From assembly GCA_964509695.1 (NCBI GenBank), contig CAZDXN010000003.1:1-55428 (forward strand): 55,428 nt of DNA. Direction: 5' to 3'. Source of the stretch: an uncultured Pseudomonadales bacterium. GTDB lineage: Bacteria > Patescibacteriota > Microgenomatia > UBA1400 > MFAQ01. Of the stretch, positions 26,275 through 35,427 are shown piece after piece (position 1 is the stretch's first letter; the number at the start of each line of letters is the position of its first letter). The notes below the pieces were generated by a model, which did not search any database, had not been told where the DNA came from, and saw only the letters and a program-made list of their open reading frames with translations. The translations under genes were made by a program, and so were the position numbers.

Positions 26275-26793
26275 ATGGCTAGAATTGATGTACTTCTCGA
26301 CCTTGCCCAACGTCCGGGTGTTACAGCTGACGAAGCGTATATGAAGGCAGATGTGACAGAATCGGATGAGACGGGAGAGCGTTCTCTGGTGTTAGTCGAA
26401 AAAATACTAAAGGATCGTCCTGAGGTATTTAAGTCTTTCGAGAGAACTGCTCGAGGAAGCGAACCGGACAGGGAGGGAAGAGATATCAACGTACGTTTGA
26501 AAAGAAAGTGGAGTTTTCGTGGCTTTCGCGAATTTTCAATTGAGGTCAAATCGAGTCCGGGAGGGGTTGACGAATTTCGATATAATTTGAATAACGGAAC
26601 TAAGAGGCGGGTGAGAGGACTTCGCATAAAAGCATTAGGATTAGAAGGAGCGATAGATGAATATCTTCACGATAAGAGAATAATAATTTTGGATGCGAGT
26701 CAGCCTGCTTTAGAGGCCAACTTAATGAGAGAGTTTGGTTTGTTGCGTCAGTATCAGAAAGACCAATCGAGAGAGAATGGCTACAGCCCGTAG
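26275..26793 (+). CDS. Hypothetical protein, PD-(D/E)XK nuclease-like fold
   Basis: GE..LVEKIL, D.EGRD and IEVKSS motif order; TAGAAT is 6 nt before the ATG. Confidence 0.65.
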   Translation: MARIDVLLDLAQRPGVTADEAYMKADVTESDETGERSLVLVEKILKDRPEVFKSFERTARGSEPDREGRDINVRLKRKWSFRGFREFSIEVKSSPGGVDEFRYNLNNGTKRRVRGLRIKALGLEGAIDEYLHDKRIIILDASQPALEANLMREFGLLRQYQKDQSRENGYSP

Positions 26794-26816
26794 GCGCTGA
26801 GGGAGGTGATTCAAAG

Positions 26817-27311
26817 CTATTCGTTGTGATGTTCCGGTATGTCACCGAGCTTTGGAGGGGTTTTGAGACCGTAGGCGTCGTTGGGGTGCCAGGAAATTGG
26901 ACCGAATTGTCCGGCTCTGGACATAGCAGCATAGGCTTCCCAAAGAGTCAGGGTGGGGAATTCCTCGATGGTTGAAGTGTGTGGAGGAAGCTCTTGATCC
27001 AGCCCGACCATTATCTGTTTCATTTTTATTCTGATGGCTAAGAGTGGGTGAAATAGAAAAAAGGAGAGATCGGTGTCATCTTCATAGGTCGTTGTCTCTG
27101 GAAACGGCGGCATTTTGAGTAGGCCGAGCTGAACATCTTGGTCGATTTGATTGACGAGTCTTTGAACCTCGGGGTTTCCGGACATGGCCATTAGCGAAAG
27201 TACCTCCAGAGCAGCCCAAGCATCAGGGTCGCTGGACCTAATGGCCCGATTTAGTTCTTGAGGGGGAGTAGTCGAGGAGAAGGATGGGTGCTCTGGTCCG
27301 TATATTTTCAT
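26817..27311 (-). CDS. Hypothetical protein (164 aa)
   Basis: TAGAAT is 6 nt before the ATG; protein-like composition. Confidence 0.7.
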   Translation of the reverse strand: MKIYGPEHPSFSSTTPPQELNRAIRSSDPDAWAALEVLSLMAMSGNPEVQRLVNQIDQDVQLGLLKMPPFPETTTYEDDTDLSFFLFHPLLAIRIKMKQIMVGLDQELPPHTSTIEEFPTLTLWEAYAAMSRAGQFGPISWHPNDAYGLKTPPKLGDIPEHHNE

Positions 27312-27354
27312 AGGCGAATTCTAGCACTACATTTCCGTGGTGTAAAATACTCGG

Positions 27355-28068
27355 ATGGCGCGAGGAAATGGGAGGGAACACCAACAGAGGAGACCAGAGC
27401 GAGAGAATTACCATGGTGTTTGGCAGGGAGGAGGGGGGACTTATGATGCCGCAAAGATAGAAGAGAGGCGAGCGAGAGCGCGGGTCATGGCGCGAAATAA
27501 TACTCCCGAGACTGAGGCTATAAATGAAGAAAGCACTCGGGCGGTGGTGGAGGTATTGCGCCGGAAGGATCTGTTTCCTTGGATAGAATCGGTGGAGCTG
27601 GAGGAGGATCGATTGGGGGATGATGACTGGGTTAGGAAGACAGATGCCTATGTGAACATTGCTCCGGAATTTGGTAGGTTGGGTTTGCTTGATCAGTATC
27701 GGATTCAGATTAAGTCGGGTTGGAGCGATCTTTCAGGATTGGGAAATAAAAATATCAAAAAATTACTTTCTTTGACTAGCAAAGAATGGCGGGAATTGGG
27801 CTTGGTAATTTTGTTTGGCCAGGCGACCTCGGAGGCCATTGCCGCCAGTTTTTGTGATCAAATGATAAATTACATGGAAATAGCCGGAATTAGAAATGCC
27901 CGACAGGAATTCTTCAGCCAGCAAACGCCAGACCTGCAGAAAATAATGGTTCAATATGAAGCCTTGGATATTGCCGGACGCGATTGGGCGGTGCTTTTGT
28001 CTTGGATTACAGGGAATCCCAGAAGAGTGGAGAGAACCCAAGGGGGCGGTCAGGTCGTCTTTTTGTAA
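27355..28068 (+). CDS. Hypothetical protein, PD-(D/E)XK nuclease-like fold
   Basis: E.STRAVVEVL, DD..RKTD and IQIKS motif order; TAAAAT is 6 nt before the ATG. Confidence 0.65.
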   Translation: MARGNGREHQQRRPERENYHGVWQGGGGTYDAAKIEERRARARVMARNNTPETEAINEESTRAVVEVLRRKDLFPWIESVELEEDRLGDDDWVRKTDAYVNIAPEFGRLGLLDQYRIQIKSGWSDLSGLGNKNIKKLLSLTSKEWRELGLVILFGQATSEAIAASFCDQMINYMEIAGIRNARQEFFSQQTPDLQKIMVQYEALDIAGRDWAVLLSWITGNPRRVERTQGGGQVVFL

Positions 28069-29093
28069 TTGGCAGCTAGTTGGCCGCAGGCGGCGTTGAT
28101 GTCCGTGCCGAAGTCTTGGCGGAGGGTGTGATGGATTTTGTTTTGGGTGAGAACAGCTTGGAATTTCTCAACGACAGAATTAGTTGGCTTTTGGAAGGCG
28201 GTTAAAGTGTTGCCGTTATTGTATCTAATGAGGTTGACGTGGAGGAGGCGACGGCGGTCTGGGGTAGTGCAGACGAGGTTGGCAAGTGCGGTGGCGTGTC
28301 TGACGCTGTCATTGACATCTTTGAGGAGGATGTAGGCGAGGAAGACTTTGCGGTTGGTGACGGCCAGATGCTGGTCGATGGCGGCCATGACCTTCTCGAT
28401 GGGGTAGGCGGTGGTGATGGGCATGAGTTTGGCGCGTTCATCATTGAAGGGGTTGTGGAGGGAGAAGGCGAGATTGACGTTGGGGTAGTCGGCTGTGAGT
28501 CTCTCGATGCCCGGAATGATGCCAACAGTGGAAATGGATAAGTGACGTGGGGAGAGGCCGAGGAGGTCTTTGTTCGTCATCAGGTCGATGGCGGCGAAGG
28601 TATTGGCAGGATTGGAGAAAGGCTCGCCCATGCCCATGAAGATAATTGAGTCGACGGGTAGGCCATTTTTCAGAAAGTAGAGGACTTGGTCGAGAATTTC
28701 GTCGGCGGTGAGGTTTTTCCGAAAGCCGATGGCACCGGTGGCGCAGAAGAGGCAGCCGAGGGCACAGCCGGATTGGGTGGAGATGCAGAGGGAGTGGTGA
28801 ATACCGGATTTGAGTTTGTAGGAGAGTCGGACCGATTCGATTTGGTGATGGTCGGCAGTTTCAAAGAGGACTTTGTGGGCTTGGTCACCGCGGGTTTCGC
28901 GGACCAATTTTAGAGTGAGAATATCATCACCAAGGGTGTTAATTATTTGCTCTTTGAGATCTTTGGGAAGGTTAGATATTTGGCTGTAGCGGCTAATTTT
29001 GGCGGAAAAAATTGCCTCCTTTATTTGTTCGAAACGGAATTTGGGTTGATTGTTTTCGGTGAGAATGGATTGAATGGTGTCAAGTCTGGTCAT
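28050..29093 (-). CDS. rlmN: RlmN/Cfr family radical-SAM 23S rRNA A2503 methyltransferase, Cfr-like
   Basis: CISTQSGCALGCLFCATG, MGMGEP and AACGQL; start MTRLD (29093). Confidence 0.93.
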   Translation of the reverse strand: MTRLDTIQSILTENNQPKFRFEQIKEAIFSAKISRYSQISNLPKDLKEQIINTLGDDILTLKLVRETRGDQAHKVLFETADHHQIESVRLSYKLKSGIHHSLCISTQSGCALGCLFCATGAIGFRKNLTADEILDQVLYFLKNGLPVDSIIFMGMGEPFSNPANTFAAIDLMTNKDLLGLSPRHLSISTVGIIPGIERLTADYPNVNLAFSLHNPFNDERAKLMPITTAYPIEKVMAAIDQHLAVTNRKVFLAYILLKDVNDSVRHATALANLVCTTPDRRRLLHVNLIRYNNGNTLTAFQKPTNSVVEKFQAVLTQNKIHHTLRQDFGTDINAACGQLAANYKKTT

Positions 29094-29116
29094 ATTTATT
29101 TGCGGCTGAATTTGGT

Positions 29117-29150
29117 TCTCAGCCCCGAGCCTTTCGGTTCGGGGCTGAGA
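29117..29150 (-). promoter_or_regulatory. 15-bp hairpin in the lipoprotein to methyltransferase intergenic region
   Basis: TCTCAGCCCCGAACC-GAAA-GGCTCGGGGCTGAGA on the minus strand; no U-tract. Confidence 0.5.
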
Positions 29151-29157
29151 GGTGCTC

Positions 29158-29469
29158 CTATTTTTGGGGAGCTTTTCCCTCATGGAGGTGGAGGTCCATG
29201 TATGAAGCGGGCCTAATTTCCACAAGGTATTCAACCTGGTCTGCGGGCACGTCGTAGTACCAGGTAAAATACGACGCACTTGCGCTAAAATCTCCATCGA
29301 CGGTGCTAACCGTCAGTTCTGCACGGTTCCCTTCGGCGGCCCAGGTCTTGATGACCAACTCCTTGGTCGTCGGGTCTGCCTGGTGAACTATGCTGTTGCT
29401 GCTGGAGCAGGCCGCCGCCAGCAGGGCGCCGATTACAACAACTAACAGAAAACTAATTTTTGTGCGCAT
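29158..29469 (-). CDS. Small lipoprotein
   Basis: AAGGAGG SD; signal peptide ending in a LAAAC lipobox. Confidence 0.8.
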   Translation of the reverse strand: MRTKISFLLVVVIGALLAAACSSSNSIVHQADPTTKELVIKTWAAEGNRAELTVSTVDGDFSASASYFTWYYDVPADQVEYLVEIRPASYMDLHLHEGKAPQK

Positions 29470-29533
29470 TTGCGCCTCCTTTTTAAAGTTCAATCTTGCG
29501 ATTGTAGCCTATATTATACACCAATTGTAAAAT

Positions 29534-29571
29534 AGTGGCCCGGCAGCCACCCGTCTGCCGGGCCACTTTTT
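29534..29571. terminator. Intrinsic terminator
   Basis: AGTGGCCCGGCAG-N8-CTGCCGGGCCACT flanked by A/T tracts. Confidence 0.75.
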
Positions 29572-29573
29572 GG

Positions 29574-29933
29574 CTAAGGTTCGATGAGGTCGTCGTTTAA
29601 CGACGCCATCCATTCGTTGGCCAGACGTTCGGCTTCTTCTCGGCGCAATGCCGCCTGGAGAAGTGTTGTCTGCGCCGATTCGTTGACGACAACTTCTTCG
29701 ATTGGCACATGACAGATGACTTCGAAACCCTCACCGTCGTTGCGGATTCCGGCCAAGGTCGTGCCGTCGTGGCATAGGGCGGAGTAGCCGTCGACGTCGA
29801 TGACAAACAGTGCGCGACTTTTATCGGAAGCTGGGTCGCCGAAGTTGGGGAGGAGACGAATTAGATCTCCGGGCTTCAGGTCTGCGATTTTGGTTGCACC
29901 CGGTCCGGGAGCAAAGTTGTTAAAGCAACACAT
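29574..29933 (-). CDS. Hypothetical protein (119 aa), possible SH3/KOW-like N-terminus
   Basis: IADLKPGDLIRL..ALFVIDVD; SD-like GAGAGG upstream. Confidence 0.65.
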   Translation of the reverse strand: MCCFNNFAPGPGATKIADLKPGDLIRLLPNFGDPASDKSRALFVIDVDGYSALCHDGTTLAGIRNDGEGFEVICHVPIEEVVVNESAQTTLLQAALRREEAERLANEWMASLNDDLIEP

Positions 29934-30086
29934 ATGCTTTTATCCTCTCTTTTCTGTTTGGAAGGTGCGAGTTGGGTGGGTAGGACTTGTATTATATAGG
30001 ATTGGGTAGAAATAGTGTATTAATGAGAGTGGTATTGACTAAAATGGAGTTGACATACATAAAAGTTAATGCTAAAGTATACTTCT

Positions 30087-31259
30087 ATGGCAATTAGACA
30101 TCTTGACGAGGCGGTTATCTCTCATTTCGAGAAATACAAGGAAGTTTTGGTGTTGTTGGGGGCTCGCCAGGTAGGCAAAACGACTTTGGTCAGGAAAATT
30201 TTTCCACGGGCGAATTATTTGATCGTTGATAATGAGCCAATAAAAAGCGCTTTGGAGCGTTATGATCCGGCAGTTTACAAACAACTGCTAGATACCAGCA
30301 ATGATTTTGTGGTGGTGGACGAGATTCACAAGTTGAGCGATCCCGGGCGGGCGGCTAAGATTTTTTTTGATCAGTTGCCCCAATATAAGTTAATTATCAC
30401 GGGGTCTTCGGCCTTTAACATCAAGAACAAAGCTTCGGAAAGTTTGGCGGGGAGGAAAATCGATTATCATCTTTACCAGTTGACTCTTTCCGAGTATCTA
30501 ACTCAAAGCGGATTGGAAAAAGAGTTGTCGTTTGGACAAATGGAGAGGTTGGTTGGCGGACGGAAACCAGAAAAGGTGATTAGGCCATATGACCACAAAG
30601 GGATACTAGATAATATTTTATTGTTCGGCCTTTATCCCGCCATGCTTTCACATTCGCGAGATACAACTTACCTGACCAATTTGATTGATAGTGTGGTGTT
30701 TAATGACTTAGTTGAATTATCACTATTGGAAAATAAAAGCGCCGCTCTTTCACTACTGAAGTTGCTGGCGTATCAGATTGGTTCGTTGGTAAATTATGCC
30801 GAACTGGCGTCCAAATTGGGGATTGGAGCCAAAACAGTGAGGCGGTATATTGAACTTTTTGAGCAGAGTTTCCTTATCTTTACCCTTAGGCCTTATTCAT
30901 CGAGAAAAAGGGATGAGATTACCAAAATGCCGAAGGTATATTTCTATGATTTGGGTTTAAGGAATGCCTTGATAAACAATTTCGAACCCTTGGGCGTTCG
31001 TGGAGACGCAGGGGCGTTGTTTGAGAATTTTGTGGTATCGGAATCATTGAAATACAATTATTATGGTAATTATGGCTATAGCTTTAACTATTGGCGGACG
31101 AAAAGTGGTTCGGAGGTGGACTTGATTTTGAGTAAACCAGGATCAGATTTACTGGCGGTTGAGATAAAAAATCAATCACGACGGGTCAATCAAGCCTTTT
31201 TGAGCCGCTACCCCGGGTCAAAATTGACGGTTATTTCCAAAGAGAATTATTGGGCCTAA
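30087..31259 (+). CDS. AAA_14 ATPase with DUF4143 C-terminal domain
   Basis: GARQVGKTT, VVDEIH, ITGSS, KVYFYDLG, LFENFV, YWRTKSGSEVD and VEIK. Confidence 0.93.
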   Translation: MAIRHLDEAVISHFEKYKEVLVLLGARQVGKTTLVRKIFPRANYLIVDNEPIKSALERYDPAVYKQLLDTSNDFVVVDEIHKLSDPGRAAKIFFDQLPQYKLIITGSSAFNIKNKASESLAGRKIDYHLYQLTLSEYLTQSGLEKELSFGQMERLVGGRKPEKVIRPYDHKGILDNILLFGLYPAMLSHSRDTTYLTNLIDSVVFNDLVELSLLENKSAALSLLKLLAYQIGSLVNYAELASKLGIGAKTVRRYIELFEQSFLIFTLRPYSSRKRDEITKMPKVYFYDLGLRNALINNFEPLGVRGDAGALFENFVVSESLKYNYYGNYGYSFNYWRTKSGSEVDLILSKPGSDLLAVEIKNQSRRVNQAFLSRYPGSKLTVISKENYWA

Positions 31260-33346
31260 AATGATGTGGTGATTCCTAGTGCTTTAGCAGTTGATTTGAC
31301 CGCTTGCATTTTTTCCTCTAAGGTTAATTCTTTTGAATTTGGTCTGTATTTTCCGACGAAAGCATGAATTTTATGGACCCTGACCGTTCCCGCCGCCTCG
31401 TCTATTTTCCGTATGTCTTGCTTGGCTTGAATATTGATGTCTTGTTCGATCGATTTAATTTTCCTGACCGCTTCATTGCTAATTGACCTTGCGAAAGCGA
31501 CGACGTTAGGCCAGCGACGACCCCTGACTACTACGGGGTTGAGAGTGATGACTAAATTTGGGTTCTTATATCTAGCTTGATAGTCTGGCACTATCTCGTC
31601 AATTAAGGCAATCATTCGATTTAATTTCTCTGACGATACATTGTCGTCATAGTCGTCCCTATAAAATAATTTATCTAATCCGACGAACGCAACACCCTCA
31701 TCGAGATCTGCGGCATATTTGGACCAGACAATAGCCATTCTTTTTACTTGGTCGGGTAGGTTGGTTTTACCGATCTCTTCGGGGGTAAATGGAGAGGATC
31801 TATAATCGACAAGATATTCCCCAACGCGTTGATGACACTTGAGGGCCCAAGAAAGATAGCCGACCTGAGTGAGACCAAGTTCAGTCTCAGCCGGAGTTAC
31901 GCACAGAAAACTTTTGCATTCAGTGTAGGTATCGATGCTCCCCGATTGATCACCATATACTTGGAAGGAAAATCCATAATACTCCCTTGATGAACTCGAA
32001 AACATGGAGGTAGCGGACATGGTATTGCCAAGGTACTGGGCGAGAATTAGATGTTTCAGGCCTTTTTTCCCGATGCCGGGATTGAAGTGGAGCGTCATGC
32101 CCTTGTATTTGTAGAAATCGATTAGGCCTAGGTCTTGCATTAGTCTCACGAAGGCAACCATGGTTTCCGGGTGATAGAAGGGGCCGGGGGCGATTTCAGC
32201 GCAGCCGTCCCCGCCACCACCCCAGTGAATTCCTAAGGTTTCGGTCACCACGGCAAAACCTTCCGGAATGGCGGCGGTCATTGTCTCCGGATTGGATGGG
32301 TATTCTATTTCATTGCCTTGGGTAGCAGCGATACCCATGGTGATTATGGGAAGATCGGTGTTTTCATCTTGAGCGATTTTTTTGGCAAGTAATGACTGTT
32401 CTCTAACATCGGACTGAAGTAAATCGCGTTTTGAGAGGGAAATTTCCCTAAGAGCATCGTAGCCCAACCTTTTTCTGATGGCGCCAATGGTAAGGAATTT
32501 TCCCGCAGGATCCCGTTGATTATAGCGGGCCTTAGCTTCTGGCGACATTTGTTTGATCAGTAATTTTGAAAGGGAAGTGGTGTTTAATGGAAGTCCCCCG
32601 ACGGTTAGGCAAAGATTGCGAAAGAGCAGATAACGGTCACCCCAATTTTGGGAAGAGCCTCGGAATGATTCATAAACCTCAACTGCCTCTGGATGTTTTC
32701 CAAAAACGTCCTGGTGACGGAGGATGAGTTTGAGATCTTCGATTGGTAGTTCAAGGAGTGATTTGGCCGACTCTACGGTCCAGGTGGGATTATCAAGGAA
32801 GGCGCGGAAAGAATCGATAGTATTACGAGGGTCGCCGATAAAAGAACCAAATATCTTTTTAATTTTCTCAGCGATGTTGGCTGGATTTCCCCCAAAGATT
32901 GAGTAGAGTCTTTTATCTTTGACGATGACGCCAATAACGTGGACATAGCGGTTAAAGCGATTAGAATATCTCTCTGGATTTTTGCAAATTTTTACAAATT
33001 CTGAGATGGCAAGGTTAATTTGGGTAAGTTGGTCGGTCGAATTTTTTAACAGTTCCCCGAGAGCTCTAGCTGTTTCTACCGCGTCAACGTAACCATAAGC
33101 GGAGCCAAAGAACCATTCTTGTTGTCCTGGGTCGGTAATCATTTTTCCCAGACAAAACAGGTCGTGATTGCTGAGCGTTTCCAGATATGTACTTAGCGTC
33201 AGATCGTTGAACCCTTTTCGAAGGAATATTCCGGCTCTGGCTAGTCTGGTGTTCTGGGCCTCAACCCTCCTGTGTGCACTTTGTTGAAAATCACTACTAA
33301 GTACTTCTCGTGACCAATTCCTGAATCTTTCAAATGAGTCTGGCAT
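31256..33346 (-). CDS. Hypothetical protein (696 aa) with a putative COOH-NH2 ligase (amidoligase/GCS-fold) domain
   Basis: GNEIE, DGCAEIAPGP, TLHFN and YTECKSF in the order expected for the superfamily; by eye only. Confidence 0.6.
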   Translation of the reverse strand: MPDSFERFRNWSREVLSSDFQQSAHRRVEAQNTRLARAGIFLRKGFNDLTLSTYLETLSNHDLFCLGKMITDPGQQEWFFGSAYGYVDAVETARALGELLKNSTDQLTQINLAISEFVKICKNPERYSNRFNRYVHVIGVIVKDKRLYSIFGGNPANIAEKIKKIFGSFIGDPRNTIDSFRAFLDNPTWTVESAKSLLELPIEDLKLILRHQDVFGKHPEAVEVYESFRGSSQNWGDRYLLFRNLCLTVGGLPLNTTSLSKLLIKQMSPEAKARYNQRDPAGKFLTIGAIRKRLGYDALREISLSKRDLLQSDVREQSLLAKKIAQDENTDLPIITMGIAATQGNEIEYPSNPETMTAAIPEGFAVVTETLGIHWGGGGDGCAEIAPGPFYHPETMVAFVRLMQDLGLIDFYKYKGMTLHFNPGIGKKGLKHLILAQYLGNTMSATSMFSSSSREYYGFSFQVYGDQSGSIDTYTECKSFLCVTPAETELGLTQVGYLSWALKCHQRVGEYLVDYRSSPFTPEEIGKTNLPDQVKRMAIVWSKYAADLDEGVAFVGLDKLFYRDDYDDNVSSEKLNRMIALIDEIVPDYQARYKNPNLVITLNPVVVRGRRWPNVVAFARSISNEAVRKIKSIEQDINIQAKQDIRKIDEAAGTVRVHKIHAFVGKYRPNSKELTLEEKMQAVKSTAKALGITTSF

Positions 33347-33368
33347 ATTAAGTTGTTTTCAAATAGAT

Positions 33369-33406
33369 AAAAAAATTGCCGGAAGAGACAGGGCGTCTCT
33401 TCCGGC
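33369..33406 (-). terminator. Intrinsic terminator
   Basis: GCCGGAAGAGAC-N5-GTCTCTTCCGGC followed by AATTTTTTT on the minus strand. Confidence 0.85.
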
Positions 33407-33426
33407 TGGGTCGTGCCGGCGGTGAA

Positions 33427-33519
33427 CTAATCGGGGCCTTCCGGCTGGTCGGCGGTGACGGGTTCAAGGAGTTTTTCCTCTTCCTCCACGTCGACGGCCG
33501 GGGCGCTGGGGTCGGTCAT
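33427..33519 (-). CDS. Unannotated 30-aa acidic peptide MTDPSAPAVDVEEEEKLLEPVTADQPEGPD
   Basis: Strong SD AGGAGGGAGGTGA, upstream TTGACA and a downstream terminator. Confidence 0.65.
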   Translation of the reverse strand: MTDPSAPAVDVEEEEKLLEPVTADQPEGPD

Positions 33520-33594
33520 TTGATTCTTCACCTCCCTCCTGTTTAAGATTACAGCCTGAGTATTGTCTCATATTATTTACTTATGTCAATAGGA

Positions 33595-33855
33595 TTAGGT
33601 CAGGCTAGAGTGGGATTTGAGCCAGGAGGTACGTTTATTTCCATCAGTAAATGAATGATTCATGCACAACGAATGGAGTAGGGCGGCGGCTTTGGAAAAA
33701 ATGGTGGGATACATATCTTTTCCACCATAGGTCGCCTTGGGCCGCTCGACGGCTGAGTGGAGGAGGGAGAAGTCCCGAACTGAGGCAATTGATCCTGCCT
33801 TGAGGATGATCTCTTGGTGAATGGTATAAACGTCGTCAATGTTTAGCCAGTTCAT
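33595..33855 (-). pseudogene. Truncated Fic/Doc (death-on-curing) toxin
   Basis: LLHSAVERP..KAAALL..NHSFTDGNKRT, then a stop 10 codons later; the usual C-terminal helices are missing. Confidence 0.75.
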
Positions 33856-34093
33856 CGAGAATTTCTGAGTCCTCGTCTAATGTTTGGGCGAGCCAATTTT
33901 TGAATTCAGCATCCGAGGCTGTTTTTTTGACGGTTTGGACGGGAATTGATGTTTCGATGATCAGGCGGGCGGCATCCGGGTCTGCCTTGATGACGACTGA
34001 TTGACCGGATTTCAGGTCGAGCTTCCTTAATAGCTCCTTGGGAATGGCGACGACCGAGCTATTGCCGGCTTGAAAAATCTTTTGAGTGTACAT
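33836..34093 (-). CDS. AbrB/MazE family antitoxin
   Basis: QKIFQAGNSSVVAIPKELLRKLDLKSGQSV. Confidence 0.9.
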   Translation of the reverse strand: MYTQKIFQAGNSSVVAIPKELLRKLDLKSGQSVVIKADPDAARLIIETSIPVQTVKKTASDAEFKNWLAQTLDEDSEILDELAKH

Positions 34094-34179
34094 TGAGCCC
34101 TTTATATTTTTAAGCGAAATCCCGAGTACTTTCGAGAGATGTACTTACATGTTATAACATAAGTCTGAGATTGCCAAAC

Positions 34180-34253
34180 TGGCAGGGGTGGAAGGTGTCG
34201 AACCTTCGTCACAGGTTTTGGAGACCCGTATTCTACCGTTGAACTACACCCCT
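34180..34253 (-). tRNA. tRNA-Trp: tRNA-Trp (CCA)
   Basis: AGGGGTGTAGTTCAACGGTAGAATACGGGTCTCCAAAACCTGTGACGAAGGTTCGACACCTTCCACCCCTGCCA. Confidence 0.96.
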
Positions 34254-34364
34254 ATTCTAAACTGTATTTTATCCTATTTTTCAGTTTGGTTTTTGATATG
34301 AAAAAGGCCTCGCTTGAGGCCCAAAAGCTAGGGGATTATACACTTTTGTGATAGGATTGGCCGC

Positions 34365-35144
34365 ATGAGAGAATTAGATGGCCACAACATTGAATCTAGT
34401 GGTGATGCGCGTCTTTTGCTGGAAGCCATTCAACGACAGTACCCATTTCATAGTAAGGCGATTGATTATTTGGCGGTGCAATTAGCGGAGAGTCAGAGTT
34501 CTCCATTGGTATATACGCAGTTATCGACGGTTGGAGCGCTCCTCGAGTATGTAAAAGACAAGCGGGCTTTTTTGGATGGAGATGGAGAACTTATTCGTGG
34601 TCTTTCTCAAGACAACCTACCGGCCTATTTACACCGATATCTTGAGAGAATTAACTCGGGTAGGCTGATGGAAATGGATGTAAGGGCGACTGTGGACAAA
34701 GCCTTTTTCATTCTCGTTCATCCGAAAAGATGGGGAACGAGGTGGGTGAGTTTGGCGCATCATAATTTTACCGAATATCGGGGCGATATGTACGGGCCGG
34801 GGTGGGCAGAGCCGGTGTATTGGATATTTGGTGGAGATCGGCCGCATCGATTTGAAATCGGCTTTGAAGTGGCAACGGGCTATGATGATCCGGCAGTACT
34901 TGAACGTTTCTGCACAGTTATAGGCAGTAGTTCGATGATATCAACCTTGGAGTTGGGACATGACAAGTTTAGTTTTTCTATTGGTAGTGCAGAAAGACGA
35001 GCCGGGTATTATTACAAAACACACGTGCCGATTCGCGAAAAGAAGTGGATGAGTGATGATGTTCTCGACGGAGAGTGGGGGAAAGGTTGGCAGGTGTTTG
35101 GTGTTGCTGGAGGTGGGGCGCGTTTGGAGGAAATAGCTACTTGA
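34365..35144 (+). CDS. Hypothetical protein (259 aa)
   Basis: TAGGAT is 7 nt before the ATG; long ORF. Confidence 0.75.
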   Translation: MRELDGHNIESSGDARLLLEAIQRQYPFHSKAIDYLAVQLAESQSSPLVYTQLSTVGALLEYVKDKRAFLDGDGELIRGLSQDNLPAYLHRYLERINSGRLMEMDVRATVDKAFFILVHPKRWGTRWVSLAHHNFTEYRGDMYGPGWAEPVYWIFGGDRPHRFEIGFEVATGYDDPAVLERFCTVIGSSSMISTLELGHDKFSFSIGSAERRAGYYYKTHVPIREKKWMSDDVLDGEWGKGWQVFGVAGGGARLEEIAT

Positions 35145-35310
35145 GCTTGGAGACCTCTTTATGCAATGTGTGTTTGCGGCAGGTGCGGCAGTGTTTGGTG
35201 AGGTTCAATTTCTCGGGAGTTTCGGTCTTATTCCTCTCGGTGATGTAGTTGAAGTTGCCACAAATGGTGCATTTCAAGCCTAAGTGTTGTCGGGGTCCTT
35301 TTTTTGCCAT
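35137..35310 (-). CDS. rpmG: 50S ribosomal protein L33 (Zn-ribbon type)
   Basis: LKCTICGNFNY..KNKTETPEKLNLTKHCRTCRKHTLHKE. Confidence 0.96.
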   Translation of the reverse strand: MAKKGPRQHLGLKCTICGNFNYITERNKTETPEKLNLTKHCRTCRKHTLHKEVSKLK

Positions 35311-35351
35311 AGGGTATTTTAGCACAACTTTAGGGTAAAATAGGATTGTTT

Positions 35352-35425
35352 GCCACCTTAGCTCAGTTGGTTAGAGCACTTCTTTTGTAAAGAAGGGGTC
35401 CTGAGTTCGAATCTCAGAGGTGGCT
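35352..35425 (+). tRNA. tRNA-Thr: tRNA-Thr (TGT), CCA not encoded
   Basis: GCCACCT acceptor, anticodon arm CTTCT-TTTGTAA-AGAAG, T-loop TTCGAAT. Confidence 0.94.
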
Positions 35426-35427
35426 CT

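Noticed and set aside
26083-26310. 75-aa minus-strand ORF
   Set aside because: It has no recognisable features, overlaps a better gene start, and is explained by the antisense of the rod-like RNA.
26088-34180. Integrative element anchored at tRNA-Trp
   Set aside because: The gene content is accessory, but I found no integrase and no duplicated tRNA-Trp 3' end at the far boundary.
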